Part shown: piece after piece, positions 1 to 9,655 of the stretch
Position numbering within the stretch: the stretch's first letter is position 1
Layout of the letters: each line of letters begins with the position of its first letter
Assembly: GCA_008369845.1 (NCBI GenBank)
Contig: MRSU01000638.1
Span: forward strand, 1-32,569
Reading direction: 5' to 3'
Length of the DNA: 32,569 bases
Origin: Trichomonas gallinae
Taxonomy: Eukaryota
Made by a program: the position numbers and the translations under genes
Notes under the pieces: generated by a model
What the model was told of the DNA's origin: nothing
Database searches by the model: none
Seen by the model: the letters and a program-made list of their open reading frames with translations, nothing else

Positions 1-114
1 GCACCAAAGGTTGAGGAAGTTCCAAAGACAGAAGAAGCACCAAAGGTTGAAGAAGTTCCAAAGATAGAAGAAGCACCAAAAGTTGATGAGGAAAAAATTA
101 ACAACGAACTTTAA
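1..114 (+). CDS. 3' end of a CDS with (A/V)PK(V/T/I)EE hexapeptide repeats, ending ...KINNEL (partial, runs off window)
   Basis: Frame 1 reads APKVEEVPKTEEAPKVEEVPKIEEAPKVDEEKINNEL with TAA at 112-114 followed by A (TAAA). It contains an 18-nt repeat unit, and composition drops to AT-rich UTR after the stop. Confidence 0.8.
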   Translation, partial: APKVEEVPKTEEAPKVEEVPKIEEAPKVDEEKINNEL

Positions 115-490
115 ATATGAAAAAAATAAAAAATAGTTTAAGGAATAAATATGAAAAATAAATGATTATTTTAAGAATGAATATAGAACATACACAATCA
201 TTTTTGAAGGATGCAGTTCTGATAGTAGCATCATTAAGTGTGACATGATATTCCGATCAAATATATAAATTTAAGGATGCGTAAATGTGATGATATATAC
301 ATATATTTTTTCAATGACAGAAAAGTAGATTCTTCACAGAACACGTATATTAGGTCTATCTAATAATAATGCTATTTTCCAGAAGATTTGTAGCATGTTA
401 TTTTCTTTATATGTGGAAAGAACAAGGAAAAAATTAGGAATAAATTATAAAAATTAACTCTAAATAAACTCTATTTTTATTTTAACAAAT

Positions 491-3415
491 TTATAGTGCA
501 GCTAAGAAAGCTTGTGCATTAGCAGCTGTTTGTGGTGTAATACCTTTCTTGACTCCTCTGTCGAGTGCTGCCTTGATAACTTCGACAATTTGTTCGATGA
601 ATGTCTGCTGGATATTTTTAGGCAACGACAAAATTGAAGAAATGATGTTTTCTGACTCAGCTTCAACCAAGCAACGTGGAGCAAGTGGAAGCATTCTCTC
701 CAAGAATTGTCCCCATTCAAACATTTGTCCGCAAACTCTGATCAATGTGAATAAAAGTGAAACAGTTGCAGCAACAGTTGGCCAGTAGTACAGCTGTCCT
801 TCGTTTTCTGTCTCCAAGACGTTTTCGCAGACTTGTACAGCCATTTCTAGTTCTTCCTGTGTAGCTCCTCCTTGTACTTCTATCAAGCACCTGATTGCAG
901 CGAATGGATGAGGTGGACGCGAAAAATCAACAATTTGAAGACTAGTGAAGAAAGCGTTGCGAATTGCTGTCTTGTAAACAGGAGGAAGATTTTCGTGTGC
1001 GACAGCATAAAACTCTGTTAAAACGCCGATGCATTCTATATGTGTCTCTGGATTTTCAGTTGTTGATTCAGCGTATTTCCAGAACATGTCTAATGGGAAA
1101 TCTTGAGGCCTGTATTGAGCAAGTGTAGCAAAGAATGCGAAAACAGCATCCTTCAAGTCGACATTGTTTTCTTGTATTACTTCACTTTGTTCATTCTGGT
1201 CCTCTTCGTAGCCGTCAGCTGCTGATCTTCTGTGCTGACATAATAATCCACCCTCGAAGAATGCGAAGCCGTTTCTTATTGCTTCATCGAGGACTTCTTG
1301 GCCTTTTACAACTGTTGGAACATTCTTCGCGATTAATTTGTGGAATCCTTTGAATCCTGTAACGACTAAGCTTTGCTTTTGAGACTGCATGCCTTTGAGG
1401 AGATGTGCTATAAGCTTTGCAGGCACCTCTTGTATCACGTGAGCAATTCTTACAGCGAGTTTCAGCGCAATAATCGAAACATCGTCATTATCATAGTCAA
1501 CGAGTCTCGCAGCGATTCTAGATAGGTTAGGAAGGAAAGGCATCGTCACTTCTTGGTTGAATTTAACTAATTCAGCGAGAAACTCGCAGCTTGCTTGTCT
1601 TGCATCAGACATTGAACTTGTTTCGTCGCCTGGAGTCCTGTCATCTGTGTCTATTGATAAAATAGACAAAGTTCTCTGAATAATTGAAGGCAAAACTTGT
1701 TCTAATAGTGGTGTTTTGTGAATTACGATATTCTTAAAGGCAAGAATCGATGAGCTGTACATTTGGATATCATTTGTCTGCATACATGTATCTGTGAAGA
1801 GTTTAATTGCACTCTCGTAAACTTCTGTCACAGAATCTGGGGAGTATCGGATTATTTGAGAAAGAGCTTCAATTGCAGCAGATTGAACGAGTTGGTTATC
1901 TTCTGAGTTGACTTGTGCGGCTTCTATGACAATTGGAAGTATTTCTGCAGCAAAATGAGCAGTTTCTGATTTTGATGAAGAAACAAGAGCAGCAAGGCAA
2001 GAAATGGTTAAATGAAGATATGTTATTGGCAATTCTCTGGTATATAGCACGATTTTCTCGAAAAGTGGAGCAAGATTTTCCGATGAAATTGGAATAACAT
2101 AGAAGAACTCAACTAAGAAGGACAATGCTGTATTGAGGATGGAGTTGCACTTTTCCTCTTCACTTTCGATGACATTGATTACAGATTGGATGATTGTGTC
2201 TGAGAAATCGCTGATTGGTTCCGAAACACGGCCAATTAATTCCATAAGGACAGAAATTCCGGCCTCCTGGAAACAATGGTGTGGATTTTGTATCAAACCA
2301 ACAGAAAACTGTGTAATATCTTTGAAATGCAAAGCAACAACATTTGGAATATATTCAATGAACGAAATTAAACCGCAAGCGAATGAAATCTGGCATCCCT
2401 CTGATTCCTCATCATAGTTTGCCCAGAATTCTTCAAAGAAATCATTAGGATCCATGAATTCGACAAGGTTTTCCAAAAGAATCGTCGCGAAGAACGAATT
2501 CTGCTGGTTATCGAAGCACTCGTCCTCATCATAGCATAATTTGCCCAAATGGACGGATAATGCGATGCAATCTGGAAAAACTTCAACTAATTGATCTTGA
2601 TAGCGTCTGATGCAAGCAGCTATTGGGTCAATGATAAGTACACGCGTTGATGCCAAAATTTCGTCATTTTGAGCGAATTGAAATAGCGGAGTCAATAATT
2701 CGGCTGGTTCGCAAAATTGAGGAGCATTTTCGATGATATTTGTAAGAGAATTTATCAAGTGATTCGTGTAATCAGCGTTTGAAGAAAGAGACACAGAAAT
2801 GCAATTTGTTAAAGACTGATATAATGGTCTCATCGCTTCTGGTTCAGCTGACAAGAATATGAACATGACTTTGAGAAGCTCGGCGCCGCATTTAATTGAC
2901 ATTGAATCTGTTCCTGCAAAAACATTTTCGATTAATTGGCAAATCGGGTTAAAGAATTCACCAACAGCTTGGAAAGGAAGATTCTCGAAGCATTCTGAAA
3001 GTGCTATGAAGTAATATTGAGGATCTGATGAGATTGATTGCAAAAATTGTAAAAATTCAGGCCATTCACCAAGTTCTGTCATAAAAATTGGTGACATTGA
3101 TTGGAGTAAAATGCTTCTATTTCGCATATTTTGTTCTTTTGTTAATATTTGAAGATAAGTGATTTTGATTTGTTCTTTAAATTCAACATTTTGTATAATA
3201 TTTTCCCAGTGAATCCTTATAGAGGAGTTTAATGATGTCGCAGCTAAGCCACGATAAGTATCTGAAGAATTCGTGTTTATTACTTCGAAATAAGCAGGAA
3301 TCATCTCTGAATTTTGATAAATCTGTTGCAGAGACTCAGTTACTCTCTGCATGTCTTCATTTGTTGGCGTTGGAGAAGCCAGAACTTCATATAAAGGTAA
3401 AAGATTTTCGACCAT
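491..3415 (-). CDS. Importin-beta/karyopherin family HEAT-repeat protein (importin-4/Kap123-like)
   Basis: 974-aa acidic all-helical ORF. The N-terminus resembles IBN_N (QRVTESLQQIY...YRGLAATSLNSSIRIHWENI), followed by LGEWPEFLQFL and HEAT-like repeats (VQSAAIEALSQI, ARQASCEFLAEL). Confidence 0.8.
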   Translation of the reverse strand: MVENLLPLYEVLASPTPTNEDMQRVTESLQQIYQNSEMIPAYFEVINTNSSDTYRGLAATSLNSSIRIHWENIIQNVEFKEQIKITYLQILTKEQNMRNRSILLQSMSPIFMTELGEWPEFLQFLQSISSDPQYYFIALSECFENLPFQAVGEFFNPICQLIENVFAGTDSMSIKCGAELLKVMFIFLSAEPEAMRPLYQSLTNCISVSLSSNADYTNHLINSLTNIIENAPQFCEPAELLTPLFQFAQNDEILASTRVLIIDPIAACIRRYQDQLVEVFPDCIALSVHLGKLCYDEDECFDNQQNSFFATILLENLVEFMDPNDFFEEFWANYDEESEGCQISFACGLISFIEYIPNVVALHFKDITQFSVGLIQNPHHCFQEAGISVLMELIGRVSEPISDFSDTIIQSVINVIESEEEKCNSILNTALSFLVEFFYVIPISSENLAPLFEKIVLYTRELPITYLHLTISCLAALVSSSKSETAHFAAEILPIVIEAAQVNSEDNQLVQSAAIEALSQIIRYSPDSVTEVYESAIKLFTDTCMQTNDIQMYSSSILAFKNIVIHKTPLLEQVLPSIIQRTLSILSIDTDDRTPGDETSSMSDARQASCEFLAELVKFNQEVTMPFLPNLSRIAARLVDYDNDDVSIIALKLAVRIAHVIQEVPAKLIAHLLKGMQSQKQSLVVTGFKGFHKLIAKNVPTVVKGQEVLDEAIRNGFAFFEGGLLCQHRRSAADGYEEDQNEQSEVIQENNVDLKDAVFAFFATLAQYRPQDFPLDMFWKYAESTTENPETHIECIGVLTEFYAVAHENLPPVYKTAIRNAFFTSLQIVDFSRPPHPFAAIRCLIEVQGGATQEELEMAVQVCENVLETENEGQLYYWPTVAATVSLLFTLIRVCGQMFEWGQFLERMLPLAPRCLVEAESENIISSILSLPKNIQQTFIEQIVEVIKAALDRGVKKGITPQTAANAQAFLAAL

Positions 3416-3461
3416 GAATTTTTTTGATTTTTGTCAAAGATTTTATCAGTTTTGTGATTTA

Positions 3462-3522
3462 TGTCACGTAAATTTATTTCTGTCACATAAACTGTTATTT
3501 TTATAGGATTATGTCATGTAAA
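3462..3522. promoter_or_regulatory. Cluster of TGWCRYGTAAA-type elements upstream of the importin gene
   Basis: tgtcacgtaaa 3462, tgtcacataaa 3481 and tgtcatgtaaa 3512, 47-107 bp upstream of the ATG at 3415. Confidence 0.6.
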
Positions 3523-4048
3523 TAAACCAATTTTTTTTTTGGATAGTGAGCAATACATGAAAATATTTTCTCATCACTTCATACTTTGACCAATAAATCA
3601 TCTATAGGCATGTGTTAACTCTATAAAATATTTTTTAATTTCGTCTTGTCTTTTTCGAGATACGCAAATTTGCGTAATTCCTCAGAAAGCTTTTAACGTA
3701 CAGAGTTTTCACTTTTTTGGTGTTTCTGACTTGTAAAATAAGAATTTGTATAATAAAGTTCAGAAAAGATGTGATTTTGACACGTAAATTAATATATTTG
3801 ACGTAATATCAAAAAATAGCTTTACCTATTTATATAATATGATTTTGAGCTCATACTACTTATATTCTAGCGTTTTTTATTATAATAATGCTGTATTAGA
3901 GCTCGGCTATTTTGTATTCGTAATATGATTGACTGATTTCAAAAATTTGAAATTTCGTATTGATCTTGAGTTTATTCCAAATTGATAACAGCAAGCAGAG
4001 ATATATAATGAAGATTTCTTTTTATAAAATAAAATATGTAAAATAAAT

Positions 4049-4798
4049 TTAATGATCAGTGAAAGTCCAAACGCCTTTCTTGTCAGCGAGTTTGCCACAA
4101 ATCAATTCGTGCTCGCTGCCATAATCGTTGAGGAATGTTGCGTCCATTACGATGAGTGGAAGATTTGTTGTAACATTCTTGAGGAGGACTGGCTCGCCGA
4201 TATGAACTGGTTCGCCTTCCATTTCCATCATTGTATCTCTGCCTATGCTTTCAACGCGCCAAATGGCCTGTGGTGTTTCCTTGTCTGTAGAATAAACAAG
4301 TTGCTTGCGAGAAACGCGAGAGAAGTGGGACCAGTCAAGGTGGTGGGAGGCAATGTAGAATGGGTTTGGTCCGAGAGAGTCTGATGATGAAAGCAAGAAT
4401 TCATCGCCGTAGCAGAGAATATCATCTTCATTAGTATCCTTTGGCATGCCGTTATTTGAGCATTGCTTAATTACCCAAACATTACGAGCTGTAACATCCT
4501 CTGTGCGGCAGCCAGTAGCCGAATACATCTGTTCCTCGACGTGTTCTGCATCTCCTGGATCGCAGCCGAGATAGCACTCAAGTCCAAGGTTCTTAATGCG
4601 GAGCATTGTGCCGTAATGTACAAGTCCGTCAGCTTTTGGTGGTGGCATTTGAACCATAACGAGATTTTGGCGAATGCGTTGAATTGTTAATGTTCCTGCT
4701 GCCTTTTTCTCAAGGAATTCTCTCATCTTTTCATCCTCCAAAACCATTTCCTCATACCAGTTTCCAATACGTGTCGTTGGTTGATAATGATTCTGCAT
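4049..4798 (-). CDS. CFAP161: Cilia- and flagella-associated protein 161 (microtubule inner protein) homolog
   Basis: YQPTTRIGNWYEE..LEDEKMREFLEKKAAGTLTIQR..DGLVHYG, plus ARNVWVI, YGDEFLL and MEGEPV, match the recalled CFAP161/C15orf26 pattern. Confidence 0.85.
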   Translation of the reverse strand: MQNHYQPTTRIGNWYEEMVLEDEKMREFLEKKAAGTLTIQRIRQNLVMVQMPPPKADGLVHYGTMLRIKNLGLECYLGCDPGDAEHVEEQMYSATGCRTEDVTARNVWVIKQCSNNGMPKDTNEDDILCYGDEFLLSSSDSLGPNPFYIASHHLDWSHFSRVSRKQLVYSTDKETPQAIWRVESIGRDTMMEMEGEPVHIGEPVLLKNVTTNLPLIVMDATFLNDYGSEHELICGKLADKKGVWTFTDH

Positions 4799-4901
4799 AG
4801 TTTTCTAAGATCTAAAAAAATATATTAAATTCAATAACGTATTTATAAAACGGTTAGAATTATAATTTGTAATGTAAAATCAATTTGGCAAATTCATAAA
4901 A

Positions 4902-5091
4902 TGTCGTGTAAATTCATTTTTGTCGTGTAAAATAATTTTGGTAAATTTGTATTTTATCATGTAAATACTTTTAGGACAAAAAATTTCGTGTAAAATTGTT
5001 TTGGTAATTTGTCATGTAAAAAAACTGAATTGACAAATTGAAATATGTTGTGTAAATAATTAATTTCGACAATTTCGATATTTACGTGACA
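4902..5091. promoter_or_regulatory. Dense TGWCRYGTAAA cluster in the divergent CFAP161 / capping-enzyme promoter
   Basis: Copies or variants at 4902, 4921, 4955, 4984, 5010 and 5046, plus an inverted copy (tttacgtgaca) at 5081, within a 314-bp intergenic region. Confidence 0.65.
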
Positions 5092-5112
5092 AAATATCAG
5101 ATTTTTTTTAGG

Positions 5113-6774
5113 ATGAATGGTGAAAAGAGACTTACTCCACCGCAGCGTTGGATTAATTGTCCCAGATACGGTGATCCAGTCCCAAGAACGCCATTTATTC
5201 CATTAAAAGCACCATTATGCGATAAATATTCGGATTTATATGAAAAGCATCGTTTTACTTTTAGCATTTTCCAAGAAGAACAGCGTGAACTTGGTCATGA
5301 GATCAATTGCATCATTTCTCTCGCGAACACTAAAAACTTTTACTCAGAAGAAGATTTGAATGGAGTAAAATGGATTCATATTCCTTGCAGAGGCCATGAA
5401 CAGGCTCCAACGAAAGATGAATACGAAAATTTCCTTAAAGCTGTTGATGAAGTTGGTGCATTACCTACAGGTGTCTATATCGCTGTTCACTGTACACACG
5501 GCTTTAACAGAACTGGATTTTGTATCACTCGTTATCTTGTAGATAGAGTGAATATGTCATTGCCAGACGCTCTCGAAACATTTGCAAGTTGCAGAAAACC
5601 CGGAATTTATAAGAACGATTACATTGAAGTTTTGTATCAAATATACGGTCTAAACAACCCACCAAAGGTAGAAAAGCCAAAATGGGAGTTCCCAGATCCA
5701 GCCACACTTCCTCATTTTCTTGTTTCAGAGCCAATAGTCAACGAAACACAAACTCTTGAAACAATTGGTAAATTTATAAGGGATTCGACGATTACTACAG
5801 CAATTTCGAAGATCTGTGACTATGGTTTTGGTAAATTCCCCGGATCCAACCCAATTTCTATTACAGCGGAGAACAAGATGCAACTTACACAACAAAGATA
5901 CCTTGCTACATACAAATCAGATGGTGTTCGTTACTTTTTGTATGCATATCGTCAACATACTTATTTAATCGATCGTAAGAATTCAATTCGTAAAGTTAAT
6001 GTTACTCTTGTTAACAGAAAAGGCAAGCCTTTGGAGAATACACTATTGGATGGCGAACTTGTCGAATCTAGAGGAGATTCAAAACCGCATTTCCTTATTT
6101 TCGACGTTCTCTGCTTCGAAGGCCTCAATTTAATTCACCACACATGGGATCTTCGCATGGATTACTCCAAGAAAGGCGTTGTTGCCTTCAGAGAATTATA
6201 TTTCAAACGTAACCAAGAAGCTTTCAACAGAGAAGACTTCCACATTGAAGAGAAGCTCCAATGGGAGTTACAAAATATCAGTGATCTTGAAGAATATATC
6301 AAAACTTCAGTTACTCATAATACTGATGGAGCCATTTTTACTCCCCTTGACTTGCAGTTCATTCCAGGCCGCTGCGACCAGATCCTCAAGATGAAGCCCA
6401 TCGAACTTAACTCAACAGATTTCAAAGTATCGCTCAAAGATGGAATTTGCTACTTGTCTGTAACTAATTACGTAGAAAAAGGTTCAGAGCGAGTTCCAGA
6501 AAATATTCCAATATCTATCCTTGACTTAGGCGAAGGAGTCACAGTAAAAGATGGTGCAATTTGCGAAGCAGTACTTGATATCACGCAAGAAAAAATTGAT
6601 GAGGACCCAATTAACTGCTGGTTCAAAGCTGGATGGAAGCCGCTCAGAATTAGAGAAGATAAAGATACTCCTAACGTCTACACTACATTCGCTGGCGTTT
6701 TCAAATCCATCGAAGATAATATTAACTTTAATACTATTGCAAAGATGTTCCCACAGAAGGGTGCTTCAGAATAA
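5113..6774 (+). CDS. Bifunctional mRNA capping enzyme (cysteine-phosphatase-type RNA triphosphatase + guanylyltransferase)
   Basis: HCTHGFNRTG triphosphatase P-loop. GTase motifs are I KSDG, III LLDGELV, IIIa FLIFDVL, IV DGAIF, V LKMKP and VI RIREDKDTPN. The first in-frame ATG is at 5113; the track start at 5086 is a GTG inside a promoter element. Confidence 0.95.
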   Translation: MNGEKRLTPPQRWINCPRYGDPVPRTPFIPLKAPLCDKYSDLYEKHRFTFSIFQEEQRELGHEINCIISLANTKNFYSEEDLNGVKWIHIPCRGHEQAPTKDEYENFLKAVDEVGALPTGVYIAVHCTHGFNRTGFCITRYLVDRVNMSLPDALETFASCRKPGIYKNDYIEVLYQIYGLNNPPKVEKPKWEFPDPATLPHFLVSEPIVNETQTLETIGKFIRDSTITTAISKICDYGFGKFPGSNPISITAENKMQLTQQRYLATYKSDGVRYFLYAYRQHTYLIDRKNSIRKVNVTLVNRKGKPLENTLLDGELVESRGDSKPHFLIFDVLCFEGLNLIHHTWDLRMDYSKKGVVAFRELYFKRNQEAFNREDFHIEEKLQWELQNISDLEEYIKTSVTHNTDGAIFTPLDLQFIPGRCDQILKMKPIELNSTDFKVSLKDGICYLSVTNYVEKGSERVPENIPISILDLGEGVTVKDGAICEAVLDITQEKIDEDPINCWFKAGWKPLRIREDKDTPNVYTTFAGVFKSIEDNINFNTIAKMFPQKGASE

Positions 6775-7047
6775 ATGATTGTCTGTTTTTCATAAATCAT
6801 ATATATAGCATTTTTTCTATTAACGAAAAATTATTTAAAATAATTAGAATTTAAAAAAGAAAACTTATAAAATACAGTAATATAGATTCAATTCCAATCA
6901 TTTATTAATTCAAAATCATATATCATCAAAAGAATAAAATATCAAAAATATAATTTTCATAAAATGACTAGTAATATGAGAAAAGTGAAAGTTATTGGTT
7001 ATATTATTGAGAATTTTTGAATGTTAGTTTTGGAAACAAATATTATT

Positions 7048-8103
7048 TTAATGATTAAGAGATTTCGTATAACAAATTGAACAATAGTACAAACCATTTT
7101 CAGAATTAAGGAATTGACCATCATTCCTGCAATTTTTACCACTACATTTATGTTTTGGTTCATTTTGAACTATTGTTTGAGAAACAGGCTTGGTATTGGT
7201 AGATTCATCATTACCATCAAATGATTCATCAGTTTCTTCATCATCTTCTTCCATATCATCAGATTCTTCTTTTGGATCATGAAATCCACAATTTGCTTTA
7301 ATTTTCATCAAATCAGCTCGTAATGACTTTTCTTCCATGTAATCTTTAATTTTATAGTATTGTTCTAAATATTTATCCTTAGAAATTGAATTCGAATTTT
7401 TCATATTCTCTATTTGCTGATTTAAGTATTCTGCAGCACTACATTCTGGTGGTAAGTCATTATCCGCACCAAAACTTTTGAGAATGCAAACCATATCTGT
7501 ATTTCGCGTGTGAACAGCAATTTTAAGTGGAGTTGATCCAGTTTGCGAGATAGTGTCAGGATTGCATGGCTGATATTGAACGTTTTCATCCTCTCTATTC
7601 TTGTATTTATATTTAATTGGGGGCGGATTCGATAATAAAGCAAGTACAGCATAGTTATTTCCACTAGAAACTGCTGGATGTATTATAGTTGTTTCATATT
7701 CTTTCTTAATTTGTGCTGGAATATCAATTGGCTCTGCAATATGTTCTTGATAATATTCACATTGGTATAAAAGCTTAAAACACTTTGTATTTTTTGTCAA
7801 TACACTCAAGTGAAATGCATTAAAACCGCTAGATTTGATTTCGAGCTTTGGTTCAAGTTCACTTAAAATATATTCGACAATATCATCTCTTTCACATAGA
7901 ACAGCAAGCATCAAAGGTGTTGGCTCTCTTGGACAAAAATAAGAATCGTGTTTATTATATTTAGGAACTGGAATAATATTTTCTGTTGGAAGTAATTTAG
8001 AATTAATTTCATTCCTACTAATCTTTAGTGCTTTAAATTCTTCTAGCGTCCCATTTTTGATTGTTTCAACAATCTTTTGCTGATAACGTGTCGCAGAAGA
8101 CAT
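7048..8103 (-). CDS. Ankyrin-repeat protein with acidic stretch and C-terminal Cys4 cluster
   Basis: TPLMLAVLCERDDIVEYIL, GFNAFHLSV, TIIHPAVSSGN and GSTPLKIAVHTRNTDMVCILKSFGAD ankyrin repeats. The C-terminus has CSGKNC...CSIC. Confidence 0.85.
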   Translation of the reverse strand: MSSATRYQQKIVETIKNGTLEEFKALKISRNEINSKLLPTENIIPVPKYNKHDSYFCPREPTPLMLAVLCERDDIVEYILSELEPKLEIKSSGFNAFHLSVLTKNTKCFKLLYQCEYYQEHIAEPIDIPAQIKKEYETTIIHPAVSSGNNYAVLALLSNPPPIKYKYKNREDENVQYQPCNPDTISQTGSTPLKIAVHTRNTDMVCILKSFGADNDLPPECSAAEYLNQQIENMKNSNSISKDKYLEQYYKIKDYMEEKSLRADLMKIKANCGFHDPKEESDDMEEDDEETDESFDGNDESTNTKPVSQTIVQNEPKHKCSGKNCRNDGQFLNSENGLYYCSICYTKSLNH

Positions 8104-8195
8104 TATACTAAAAAAATTATGATTAAAGATTTACGTGTCAAATTTATTTTCTGAAAATGTCAAATTTAACTAAAAGTTATATAAATTAATTTTCA

Positions 8196-8462
8196 TTTGT
8201 TTTTGGTATTTTCAATGCATTTATTATCTGATTTTATGATAAAAATTGAAAATATCCATTTTTCTCTAGAATTATTCGATTTATTAACAATTTTTAGATT
8301 GTGTAGTTTATTATATTTATAAAACAATTAAAAAAATAATTTTGATGAAATAATTTTTTAAATTTTGTTTTTGCTATTTTCTATGTATTTATTGTCTGAT
8401 TTTATGATCAAATTGAAAATATTGATTTTTCTCGAGAATTATTCGATTTATCAACAACTTTT
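8196..8462 (+). repeat. Imperfect ~100-bp direct duplication (8196-8295 vs 8364-8462) in the divergent ankyrin/Rad23 intergenic region
   Basis: tttgtttttggtattttcaatgcatttattatctgattttatgataaaaattgaaaatatccatttttctctagaattattcgatttattaacaa versus tttgtttttgctattttctatgtatttattgtctgattttatgatcaaattgaaaatattgatttttctcgagaattattcgatttatcaacaa. Confidence 0.85.
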
Positions 8463-8522
8463 CTTCGATTTTAAGATTTATCAGATTATTATATTCATAT
8501 ATTTAATAAAAAATGAATTTTA

Positions 8523-9548
8523 ATGAAAATTTTTTGTAAAAAAGGTGACTTTATTTTTTTGATTTTGCATTTAAATCTTCGTATTGTATCAGGAGCTATA
8601 TATCGAGTTGAAGCACAGGATGAAGCAACTGTGATGCAACTTCGAGATATACTGAGACATTCAATGAACGCTGATTTCGACGAAATTAAATTTATTTATA
8701 ACGCAATAATTTTAGATGAGGCAAAAAAATTGTCTGCATATGAAATACATGATAATGATTATATAACTGTTCATATTAATTCAAAGAAACCACCAATACC
8801 AAAATCAATTCCAAATCCAATAACTCAAGATTCTGAAAGAGTCGAACAACAGCCCTCAGGACCTGCAAGTATGCCACTTCCAAGCCTTTCTGACTCAGAT
8901 GATTTGCCATTTGACGTTGATTTAGATTCCGAATCTGTAGAAAATCTCGAAGTAATAGAACAACTTCAAGAACTTGGATTCCTTAAGTCTGATTGTCAGC
9001 AAGCATTAAACGCCGCTCGCGGAAATCCACATCTGGCATTTCAGTTTCTTGAAGCAGACTATATTCCTTCAAGACATGATGCAGAAATATTAAATAACCT
9101 TGTTAGCCAACTCCAAAACAAAAAGAAACTCCTCAAAGACAATCCAGACGCTTTAAGCGAAGTTATCGACGAAATCGAAAAACAGTTTCCTGAGCAAGGA
9201 TACTTGCTTAGATCACAAATTGAATTACTATTACGTCGTTTAGACTTAGATCCTACTCGATATAAATTAAAAGATATTCAAAAACCAGTTGCTCAGCGTA
9301 TGGAAGCAGAAGCTAATGCTCTTGATGAAGAAGAGCGTAAACAACTTGCTGAAAGAGAAACTGATGAACCTCATGAACCCGAAGGACTCAGTTTTTCAGA
9401 TTTTTTGAGCAGATATACTACAGAAGATCAGCAGGCTATAAGGAGACTTGTAGATCTTGGTTTTGATATACAATTAGTAATTCAAGTATATGAAGCTTGC
9501 GATAAGAATGAAGGTGTTGCTGCTAACTGTCTACTTGGTATGACATGA
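8523..9548 (+). CDS. Rad23-like ubiquitin receptor (UBL - UBA - XPC-binding/STI1-like - UBA)
   Basis: UBL (IKFIYNAIILDEAKKLSAYEIHDNDYITV), UBA1 (IEQLQELGF..CQQALNAARGNPHLAFQFL) and a near-canonical Rad23 UBA2 (EDQQAIRRLVDLGFDIQLVIQVYEACDKNEGVAANCLL). The start codon is uncertain (see findings). Confidence 0.88.
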   Translation: MKIFCKKGDFIFLILHLNLRIVSGAIYRVEAQDEATVMQLRDILRHSMNADFDEIKFIYNAIILDEAKKLSAYEIHDNDYITVHINSKKPPIPKSIPNPITQDSERVEQQPSGPASMPLPSLSDSDDLPFDVDLDSESVENLEVIEQLQELGFLKSDCQQALNAARGNPHLAFQFLEADYIPSRHDAEILNNLVSQLQNKKKLLKDNPDALSEVIDEIEKQFPEQGYLLRSQIELLLRRLDLDPTRYKLKDIQKPVAQRMEAEANALDEEERKQLAERETDEPHEPEGLSFSDFLSRYTTEDQQAIRRLVDLGFDIQLVIQVYEACDKNEGVAANCLLGMT

Positions 9549-9655
9549 TACCATTATCCATTGCTTTTATGTTATTTGTTTTGAATAAATATAAGTTTAC
9601 TATTTTGACATGTAAAGTTCAAATTCTGACACCACAAATGTGACAGATAAAAAGC

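Noticed and set aside
210..345. GATGC/GCATC stem and a C-box-like GTGATGA in the first intergenic region
   Set aside because: There is no downstream CTGA D box or terminal stem.
3661..3676. Perfect 16-bp palindrome TACGCAAATTTGCGTA
   Set aside because: It is a single occurrence with no flanking TIR, TSD or repeat context, so no function can be supported.
8545..8592. Possible 48-nt in-frame GT..AG intron in the Rad23-like gene
   Set aside because: It lacks the GTATGT-type donor and ACTAAC branch point of trichomonad introns, and splicing would remove the well-fitting first UBL strand.
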